A stretch of DNA of 64,000 nt. It comes from Eledone cirrhosa (lineage: Eukaryota). The notes below the pieces were generated by a model. It was not told where the DNA came from. It did no database searches and saw nothing but the letters and a program-made list of their open reading frames with translations. Positions 51,371-61,350 of this stretch are shown here, in pieces. The position numbers and the translations under genes were made by a program. The stretch lies in the NCBI GenBank assembly GCA_964016885.1, contig OZ024743.1, positions 94,240,001-94,304,000 of the forward strand, read 5' to 3'. Numbering within the stretch: the stretch's first letter is position 1; each line of letters begins with the position of its first letter.

Positions 51371-51446
51371 TTGCCTCGTCTGACGAACGAATGAAGACGT
51401 TTCTTTCGTATTCGCCTCATTCGGGAAACCTCTGGTAATGAGGTAA
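51371..51446 (+). ncRNA. Type I hammerhead ribozyme (intact core)
   Basis: ugccucgu-CUGACGA-(cgaauga...ucauucg)-GAAAC-cucug-GUA-augaggua. Followed by (TA)n. Confidence 0.8.
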
Positions 51447-51469
51447 TTATATTGTATTGATTTTTATAC

Positions 51470-51602
<133 letters not shown>

Positions 51603-52161
51603 AGCCTAAGAAAATATATATATGCCTGTGTAAATAATTACATGCATATTATTATTTTTTTAAATTAATTGAGTTCTTAACACGTGGAATTGATATTGGT
51701 TTTGAAATAACTAATTAACCCTCGTATATTTAATATTTTATTCTTAATTCGGCCAGAGATTTACATTCCCGATTGCCCTTTAAAGCGTAACTTTCCGTAT
51801 TTACTACGGTTATGAGTCGGTTTGTTATTCAGGTACGACTTCTGTTTTTAGCCTAAGAAAATATCTATATGCGTGTGTAATTAATACACGCATGCATTTA
51901 TTTTTTTAACTTCAATTGAGTTCTTAACACGTTGGATTGATAATGTTTTTGAAAAAACTAATTAACCCGCGTGAATATTATTTTTTCTTTTCTCGTGTAT
52001 TGGTTGTCTCTCCTTCCCGCTTCGTGACGCTATAATACTTCCTCAGTCAAAAACTGCTGGAATTTCAAATTTGGCGGTCATTCGATGCGTGAGGGAGCAG
52101 CTTAGCAGACACGATTTTTAACTGCGGTAAGAATTTTTTCTCATATCCAAGTTTAATGGGC

Positions 52162-52286
52162 TTCCACTGATGATTTATAAGCGCCCACCTAAATATATTC
52201 TTACATGAATATATGTTAGGCTTATACATAAACTGGAAACAATCTCCTAATTTGTAGAAAACTTATAATGAAACAATTGTTTGGAA
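52162..52286 (+). ncRNA. Hammerhead ribozyme with ~95-nt stem II region and palindromic stem III
   Basis: uucca-CUGAUGA-u-uuauaag...cuuauaa-u-GAAAC-aauu-GUU-uggaa. Confidence 0.7.
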
Positions 52287-52328
52287 AGAGAGATATATTT
52301 TAACTTTAATTATATCTCATAAAATAAT

Positions 52329-52514
52329 TGTTTCTACTTTAGGCACAAGGCCAGCAATTACCCAGTACATTACTGGTACTTTATTTTATCGACCCCGTAA
52401 GGATGAAAGGCAAAGTTAACCTCGACGGAATTTGAACTCAGACCGTAAAGGGACGTAACTATGCTGGAAAGCATGGCGTCCGACTCTCTACCGATACTGC
52501 CAATCCACCGCCCT
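52329..52514 (-). mobile_element. Full-length SINE family A with TSD
   Basis: A and B boxes plus the core. TSD TATATCTCATAAAATAAT at 52311 and 52515. Confidence 0.9.
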
Positions 52515-52671
52515 TATATCTCATAAAATAATACAACTGGCTTTCCACAAAATACATATAGTTAGCACCCGAAACACTTAAATTGGGTTTATACTAACAT
52601 ATAACCTAATGTTTGTTGAGTGAGATGGTTACCAGTCAGAGTTTAGCTTTAAGGTATCTCTGTTATTGTAT

Positions 52672-52733
<62 letters not shown>

Positions 52734-52943
52734 CCATTTCTATATTAAATTTTGTTGTATACACTCTACTAATGTATTGAGGACCTTACTTACTGTGGTT
52801 AACCCCGATTGAACACGGGACATATATATATATATATGTTTTTCGTTTTATATTATATCACAGTCTTCTCTGTAAGAAAATAAAGTGCTCAACGGCATAC
52901 CGCCTATGGAAGGAGCTTAGCTACCATCAGACACACACACATG

Positions 52944-53067
<124 letters not shown>

Positions 53068-53265
53068 CTTATATATGTAGTTGTTATATAGTAAGGTGCA
53101 TTATTGGTTGTGTAAAATGGTCCAATAACTTTACGTTAGCAATATTAAGTTCTCCACGCTTTTGTATATCTCCAATTCCATTCAAGGGAACAGCTAGATG
53201 ATGTAAAACGGAGTATATGTATCAAAATGAAAATCCGAAGGCAAGGTAAAATTCCAATCATTTAA

Positions 53266-53339
53266 TCACGACACATGTTTCAATAAGAGATAGATCGATT
53301 GTGAAGCCATGATCGATTATCACTGATCTCACCAGGCGA
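53266..53339 (-). ncRNA. Hammerhead-like motif (A6 changed to G in this copy)
   Basis: ucgc-CUGGUGA-(...aucgau...aucgau...)-GAAAC-augu-GUC-guga. The inverted partial copy at about 53975-53995 has intact ucac-CUGAUGA. Confidence 0.6.
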
Positions 53340-53990
53340 AAATGAATTGTCTTCAAATTCTTGATATGAGGGAGAAAAATAACGAATTCAAGGATGTTAC
53401 AATTCAATCTATACACGTATAGCAGAACACTGAACTGAACTTATTTGCTTGTGTGTGTGTATGCGTGTGTGTGTGTATGGGGCGTTCGTTAACCCAATAT
53501 TTCTAATTTACATCATCAAATTGAGATTTGACCAATATAGCTTCTGTTGTTTTGTGAACTAACTTTCGGTGAGTGCTGTGTTGGTACATTCTTATATTTG
53601 TTTTTTCTCGGACATCGCTTTGGTGTGTGTGAGCGTGTGTGTGTACCCACCCACACTAACTCTACAGGTTTAATACTGTGTTGATGTGTGTATATATATG
53701 TATATATTTTTCTTTGACCTCGAGCCGGTGTATGTGGGTGTGGAGTGTGTGTGTACCCACTCACATTAACTGTGACTGACTGTATCCCTACGGATTTGAT
53801 TAATGTCCAGCGTCCTTTGCAGCGATAGAAATCTGAAAACTTTTATGACTTCAACTGAAGTTAATAGCAGTCGCCGTGTCTCTGACTGGTGTTTCTTCAT
53901 ATGAGGGAATGAATTCTGTGAGAGAACATCGTTGATTTTCTCCCTCATATCAAGAATTTTAAGACAATTCATTTTCACCTGATGAGATCA

Positions 53991-54073
<83 letters not shown>

Positions 54074-54288
54074 GGGGTAACAGATTATTGTTATAGGTAG
54101 TCCACTTAGGTGTAGTCTAGTTAGGTACTCCGAGTAATGGATATCAACGCTTGGCTAAGTTTGACTCAACAAGTCGTTTCCATAGTGATGCTGCGAGTAC
54201 GCGGTGATTTCTATGTTGTTTACACTTGGAGTAGTGATAAATCAGGAAGGAAGAGTGACACGGTTTGCTATACAAAAAAGGTTTTTAA

Positions 54289-54409
54289 TCTCATTGCTGA
54301 CAATTGTTTCTCTGAACTGGTAGGTCTAGAGATCGCTACCCGCCTGTTTTCACGTCATTCGATCACCAATACATAGTTGTAACCAGTCAATTCATCAGAG
54401 CTTGTGAGA
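54289..54409 (-). ncRNA. Hammerhead ribozyme with long stem II region and palindromic stem III
   Basis: ucucacaagcu-CUGAUGA-(acuggu...accagu)-GAAAC-aauu-GUC-agcaaugaga. Confidence 0.75.
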
Positions 54410-55026
54410 ATGAAAGGAATATATAGGCATGGCTTCTATATATAGTAGTAGTGGCATTCAATCAGAACAATAACAACTCTAACAATGCTAGCAATAAATT
54501 ATTTGAAATAATCACAGCATCAATCTAAGTAAGAAATATAGTATATCTACGACTTTAGCGTGTAAAACTAGCTGACATGAGTCAGATGTATAAAATTGAC
54601 ATGTAAAAGCTGTCATGGGGTGTATTATATATAGTGTAGAGATAAGCCGGCGGCTTTAAACAATTTACTGTAGGTCTGGTGGCCGTAAGAATTATTTATT
54701 ATCTGACAGATGAAATATTTATCACTGTAGTGAGGGTAGTAATATTTGTGGTGTGAAGTGGGTTCAATATTTATGTGGTCTATATTAGTTGAAGGGACCG
54801 TTAGTTCGAATCATGGGGTTGTTTAGCTTTCACATCATTGAATTTTTTAATATAAGGAACTTGTTCTTTGTTTTTATTCATTGTTTTTATTAATTTATCT
54901 TGACTCTGTTTTCCTGTGATTTTCATCGAAAAATTTTTGAATGCATCTTCTCTTTTCATTATATTTGGATTACATTGAGTTCTTCATACGGATTGGACAC
55001 TACCGTATATTTTGGTAGATTTATCT

Positions 55027-55093
<67 letters not shown>

Positions 55094-56497
55094 CTTCCTA
55101 TCTTCAGTTTGTCGGGTAAGGAAACCTAGGTCTGCCACTGAATTTATCAGGTTGTTGTTGAATTTTGCATAATCATTTATATTGTTACTGGAACTTGTTA
55201 TATAAATTCAGGTGAAGTAAATACAAACAAATACTCAGATATTTTATGTAATAAATAATTTATTATTCAACAAATATGATGTTTACAAATATGATGTTTA
55301 CAAATATGATGTTTACAAATATGATGTTTACATGATGTTTATAACATAAAGGGACTTTCTTTATAACGTTAACAGGCATCGTTGATAACACAAACGGACA
55401 TTGCTTATAACATGAATGTTATATCTTTTGTAAGATAAAATATTATATAATTTATAAAATATAGGTTATATCGTATAAAATATAAAAGTTACAATAGGCT
55501 TGATGATCCAATACTTTCTTTTTCAGTGGGTATGGGGCGACATGGATGAATATGAAGTTGTGTCATTAATCGTTTTTCCAAAGGAATAAGAATAGTGATT
55601 CTCAAATGGGAATTTTAGCCAAGGGAGGAATTAGGGAAGAACTCAAACTGAGAAAGGATAGTGAACATTATGTATATATCAATTGAAATTTTAACAAACT
55701 CAACCATAGTGTACATTGTATATGTGTCAAATGAAATATCAATATATACAACTGTAAGGGCGATCACGAATTAGCAGTTAACAAAAAAAAATGTTGCTTC
55801 AGACTTTATCTCGCTTGGGAATTATACAATTATTTAGATTTGAAGAGCTTACTCGGAGCGTAAAGAACCGGAACGAATACTGCAAATCATTTTCTCTGAC
55901 ATGCTAACGACTCTATCAATTTACTGCCTATGATCTCTGAGAACCATTGCACTATACAATAATTGGGGTTTGAAAAACGTTCTCATGTTAATATAATGCT
56001 CGGGTCAGAAGTGTTTTAGAAGACAATTCAAAATTGGGTGGTTGCGAATTGAAGAAACCTGGGATTGCAAGAGTGTTTTGACCTGTGATTCTGAGAACCA
56101 TTTGGACTATACATATATTGAGTTTGGAAAGCTTGTTCATGTTAATACGGTGTTTGGGAGAGAAATTAATTAATGAAAATTCAAAATGGAGATAGCGTTA
56201 AAAACAATCCTGGGATTATAAGGGGAGAGGGAATGTGACCTGCATCCCTGGGAACCACTGAATAAATGTTGAAGACGTGATGACACATTAATATGCAAAA
56301 AAAAAAAAAAAAAATGAAGGGGAAATTTAATGAGGTTGTGATATTTACATGATTAGTATAATTAGTGATATACTTATTTTTACGGATCATACACTGCCTT
56401 TCACAGTATTTCGTTATAATGAAGGTTCTTTAGGAAGCAATGATGATCAACATCATTGTTAATATAAAAGAATGGCGATGATTTTGTCATTCAGTTG

Positions 56498-56558
<61 letters not shown>

Positions 56559-56730
56559 TATATTTTATATTATATATATATATACATATTATATTATATT
56601 ATATTATATATATATCATATGGACATAATATATGTATTATATATATATATTTATATTATAATTGAACAGATGCTTTAATTTACACACACACACACGCACA
56701 CGCACACACACACACACACACACGCACACG

Positions 56731-56767
<37 letters not shown>

Positions 56768-57002
56768 TTAATCATGATTTATTCGGTAGAAATGACTTCA
56801 ATATTCAATAATATTGTTTGCTTAGGGTGATAATCATGATGCAATTTAGCGCAGCTAAATCTGTGTCTTTATTTTGAAAAAAAAAATGGAAAGGCTCTTA
56901 ACTCTTGATAGACTTGTAGGAGCACCAACCGTCATTTGGGCATTTTAAACATGGCGGCACCCATCCCTTTCCAGGGCTGAAGAACAACCGATTGGTTCCA
57001 GA

Positions 57003-57091
57003 GAAGAAGAAGAAGAAGAAGAAGAAGAAGAAGAAGAAGAAGAAGAAGAAGAAGAAGAAGAAGAAGAAGAAGAAGAAGAAGAAGAAGAAGA
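57003..57091. repeat. (GAA)n microsatellite in the presumed 3' UTR of the tyrosinase gene
   Basis: Seen directly. Confidence 0.9.
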
Positions 57092-57260
57092 ATTATGTGG
57101 TGTCAAGGCTCCCACAATATTTAAAGGGCCCTAAATTAATGTTTTTGCTACCACAAATAATAAGCTAGGGTACAGTTGACGTTTTCAGCCAGGAAGCCCA
57201 TCTAAGCTTAATCCGCCGTTGGGAGTGGAAGTATGATAATGGCTGTTCAACGTGAAGATG

Positions 57261-57472
57261 TTATAACCTTGAGAAGTAACTGTATGTACAGTATCCGCGA
57301 ACACATCGTTTTAGTTGAGGGCTGTATCTATAACCATGACCACAACGGAAAACGAAATATTTGCCGTAAATACATATGGCATATCGAGAGCACGACTGCA
57401 AACAAGGTTGATGTTCCAGGGATGAACAGCTACATCTAGATGGGATTATACATGTGTTGTCGACTTTACAGA
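57261..57472 (-). CDS. Tyrosinase-like gene, last coding exon: Cys-rich chitin-binding type-2 (peritrophin-A)-like domain
   Basis: Acceptor tttttctctgtcttttcAG (57474-57473), phase 1. Reads CKVDNTCIIPSRCSCSSLEHQPCLQSCSRYAICIYGKYFVFRCGHGYRYSPQLKRCVRGYCTYSYFSRL* (TAA 57263-57261). Confidence 0.8.
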
Positions 57473-58471
57473 CTGAAAAGACAGAGAAAAAAAGATGTAC
57501 ACAAATTAGTTTTATTATAATCCATTAAGTTTACGAATAAACTGGGTAAATTTAAAGATTTGTTATTCGATTTTATTATGAAAAACTGCCAGATACACTC
57601 ATAATAGTCCTTGCTCTTTCCCTCCCTTTCCACTCATTTATGGCATTTATAGTCCTTTACTCTACTTTCCTTTACAGCCAGATCTACCTTCCTTTACCCC
57701 TTCCCCCTTTTTCATTACTTAATTTTGTTTTTATCTATTTTTTTTTAAAAATATTTCTATCATCGTATTCATATACAATGACTATAAAATAGTCGAATAA
57801 GTCGAGGAAATGTATGCAAATTAGTTATATTATAATCCATTAAGTTTAATATGAAACTGGGCAAATTTAAAGATTTGAAATTTATTTGTTTTTAGTCAAA
57901 TAAGTTAAGTAAAACATATAAGGCCTTTAACGTCTTTGCTACTTATATATGCAGTATATATGTACTATTATACGTTGGGAGGCTCATACTGCCAATTAAA
58001 ACCTTTCGCCACACTTTGCGACGTTATCAATGGTGTTTCTTCTTATTTTTCCATCCTCTGTGTTTCTTCTTATTTTTCCATTACTTCAACTTTATTTCAC
58101 CATTTTCATACTTAAGTAAAATATTGGGAAACAAAACGAGAACAATCTTGGCCTATAGTTGAACAGAATAGCTTAGTAACTGTATAGGTCTACTAATAAA
58201 TCATGTACACTTATATATATATAAAATAACACCGTATTTTCTTAACAAATCACGAACTAAGTTTAGGGCAAAACAGGGCGATCGTCTTATATACAGGCAC
58301 ACGAGTTTAAAAATACTCATTGCAAAAGGCAAAATTGGAAAAACGTGTCGATAACAATTGTTTACAAATGGTATTTGACATATCGGCAATATACAATTTT
58401 AGGGAATCAGTATGATTTGCCTCAAAGAGAGAAAATTGATAAAACCAACAAATAAATTGTATAACGGTCCT

Positions 58472-58677
58472 AGGATTGGCAGTATCGGTAGAGTTGGCAG
58501 TATCAGTAGAGGGTTGGACGCCATGCTATGCAGCATAGAGTTACGGCTCTTTACGGTTTAAATTCAAATCCCACCGAGGTTAACTTTGCCTTTCATCCTT
58601 ACTGGATCGATAAAATAAAGTACCAGTAATGCACTGGGTAATTGCTGGCCTTGTGCCTAAAGTAGAAACAATTATTA
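58472..58677 (+). mobile_element. SINE family A (intronic)
   Basis: Duplicated A box, B-box variant, core and ATT tail. Confidence 0.85.
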
Positions 58678-58884
58678 CAACTGAAGCCTAACTATTGTTA
58701 AAATATGAAAGAAATTACATAGTCGTGGCAGTAGTCAGGGGTCGTATAGTACGCAAGGGTGTAATATATTCAAGTACCTTTAACTTCAGAAACAAGGGTC
58801 GTGCAAGATTCAAGTCATAATATAATAAAGAAATAAGGTTTATCATACACACAGGTTTAAGGAGTAGGTAAATGATATACTTAC

Positions 58885-60455
58885 AAATCTTACTATCACC
58901 AGCAGTCGTTGATTTTACTGTCGTTGTTATCCATTTCCATCTTGTTGGTGTTGTAGGTTGTCTAGTTGTTGTTGTAGGTTGTCTAGTTGTAGTTGTTGTT
59001 GTAGGTTGTTTTGTTGTAGTTGTTGTAGGTTGTCTAGTAGTTGTGGTTGTTGTTCTTGTTGTTGGTGTGTGTGTTGACGTTCCTGTCCAAGCTGTAGGTG
59101 TCATTGTTGTGGTAATATTGCTGGTGATAAATGGCCATCGGCTGTCATCACAGTGGAAAACAATTGGAATATTCTGGTGCTTGACTTTCGGTCGAATCTG
59201 ATTGTTATAATCCCAGACCTTCATGTAAGTATCTGCGAGGGTTTTACCGTAGAAGGCAGTGTCGCTACGAGTTAAGTTCATCAGCCCTATACATTCTGTG
59301 TATCTCGGTGGGTTGGAACCTGGAACTAAGCAAGATGGCCGGCATATTCTTCCACATTGTTCCGAAACTGTTAAAAATACCAGACTAAATTCTTTTTCGG
59401 GGTTTTTGATACCGATATAAGCTAGATCTGACGATACAGCTAATCTACGGTCCACTATCACCATTTCTTCATAATTTCCAAAATAATTGAGGCCACTAGC
59501 TTGAACATTCACTCTTCCTGCTGGTCCACAACACTTACGCATTCGACAAGTAGAATTACTAGACGAGGTATTTTGGGGTAGACTGTTGTCGTATATATCA
59601 TTCAATAAGTTTGGTTGACCATTTACGATTGGAAAATTTCCAAATCTCATCGTCTCGTAAGGTCGTTCGTAAATGATTTCTATCGGAATATATACCCATT
59701 CTTTTAAATCACATTTACGGTTGATACAAAACATATTTTGATAGGGAATGAGGGCATTACATCCAGTTGAGTTCCTTGTTGTCGTTTGATATCTTCCATT
59801 ATGGCAGGTTAAATACGGACTAGGATAAAATTTTGAAGGTTCAAAACATGGCATTTCCAGTAGAGTATCGTCATATAAAGAAGTATAATCAAAAGTTTGA
59901 GTTAGTTTTAGGGCATCAGCAATCGTTATATTCTTCAGGCCAATACTTTGGTCAGGAGCATAAACTGATAAACCATAATTTAAAGGATAATCTGTCGCTG
60001 GATCGATATTGTATTTCTTTTGGTTTTCATTGAAACGTGTCATAATAAGATCTATATAACTATGGATTAGCCAGAAAACCGGGTCCATTGGAGAAGTTTC
60101 TGGTTGACCCAAATGTCCTCCAACAAAATTGTGTATAGAATTATGGTGAAATTCCAAATTGTATTTACCAATGGCATTTGGCTCTGTGATGTCTCCAAGT
60201 CTATTTCGACTGAGAATATTTTTGATATCAGAAGTGGTTGGTAAGTTATTGATAACACCACCATTCCTTATCAAAGGACCAGCTGGGGTGGTCCAATTAG
60301 CAAACGGACCACAATTGACTATACCATTGATATTTCCCAAGAACTTGTCTGTCCAGATAATGGAATCTCGGGGTTCAGCAAGGCTGCTATCAAGAGTTGG
60401 ATCCCAATATGGAATTGTCACACCTGGCACCTTTTCATCAAGAGCTTTTTCCATT
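58885..60455 (-). CDS. Tyrosinase-like gene, large exon: CuB site, Cys-containing C-terminal region and Thr-rich linker
   Basis: IPYWD and EFHHNSIHNFVGG...SPMDPVFWLIHSYID (CuB histidines). Acceptor ttcttcAG at 60457-60456. Donor GTAAGT at 58884, with an alternative GTAAGA at 58893; both are phase 1. Confidence 0.92.
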
Positions 60456-60634
60456 CTGAAGAAATATAAAAAAACATTATAAATCAACACATCAATGATG
60501 ATGATGATGATGATGATGAGGAGGGTGAAGAGAGTGAAGATCTGGATGACGATAAGAACAAAGGACTTCTTTCTCAATAAATTAATTCGTTGATTAAGCA
60601 ACTGATTGATGGATTAAGTACCTGATTAATAATG

Positions 60635-60790
60635 ATTTCTGATTTAGTCACAAAGCCAACAATGTTGGGGGAGGGGAAAGTCGATTAAATTGGCCCCAGT
60701 GCGTTACTGGTACTTCATTTTATCGACTCTTTAAGGATGGAAGGTAAAACTAACCTCGATGGGATTTGAACACGGAACTTAAAAAGCCGT
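60635..60790 (-). mobile_element. SINE family A variant (intronic)
   Basis: Diverged core and B-box complement. Confidence 0.7.
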
Positions 60791-60872
60791 AAATACAGCA
60801 ATATAGAAAATAGAAGTGAGAAGTGGAATGTCATATAAAAGATATTTGAAGGGAAATATAGACCATACTTAC

Positions 60873-60985
60873 ATAGTAAGGTAGATTCTGTGCCAAGCTA
60901 GAAAAGAGGGGCCAGCGTGTGCGTTTCTAACCATCGGACCAGTGTGGAGTAAGGCGATCGCATCGTAAACATTTGGAGCCAATCT
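60873..60985 (-). CDS. Tyrosinase-like gene, CuA exon
   Basis: RLAPNVYDAIALLHTGPMVRNAHAGPSFLAWHRIYLT, with three CuA histidines. Acceptor tttAG and donor GTAAGT. Phase 2 joins in frame to 60455 (AT+A, then MEKAL). Upstream exons lie beyond the window. Confidence 0.92.
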
Positions 60986-61119
60986 CTAAATAAACAACGT
61001 GGAACAAGGAAGAGTTACTTACTGCAAGTTATAGTTTTGGTGTTCATCAAATGTATTTATTGAACTAGCATGATGGTGACGATGATGATGATGATCATCA
61101 TCACCATATCAATTGTGAT

Positions 61120-61298
61120 TTAAGCACAAGGCCAATAAATCGATCACAGTGCGTTACTGGTAATCTATTTTATCGACCCTGTAAGGATGAAAGGCAAAGA
61201 TAACTTCGGCGGGATTTGAACTCAGAACGTAAAGGGACATAACTACATGCCACAAAGCATGTTGTCCGATGCTCTACCGATACTGCCAATCCACCGTC
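61120..61298 (-). mobile_element. SINE family A
   Basis: Minus strand has GGACGGTGGATTGGCAGTATCGG, GAGTTCAAATC and the core. Confidence 0.88.
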
Positions 61299-61303
61299 CT
61301 ATC

Positions 61304-61350
<47 letters not shown>

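Noticed and set aside
58715-60601. 628-aa ORF as a complete single-exon gene
   Set aside because: Both ends are intronic read-through. Splice sites define 58885-60455, and CuA lies on a separate exon.
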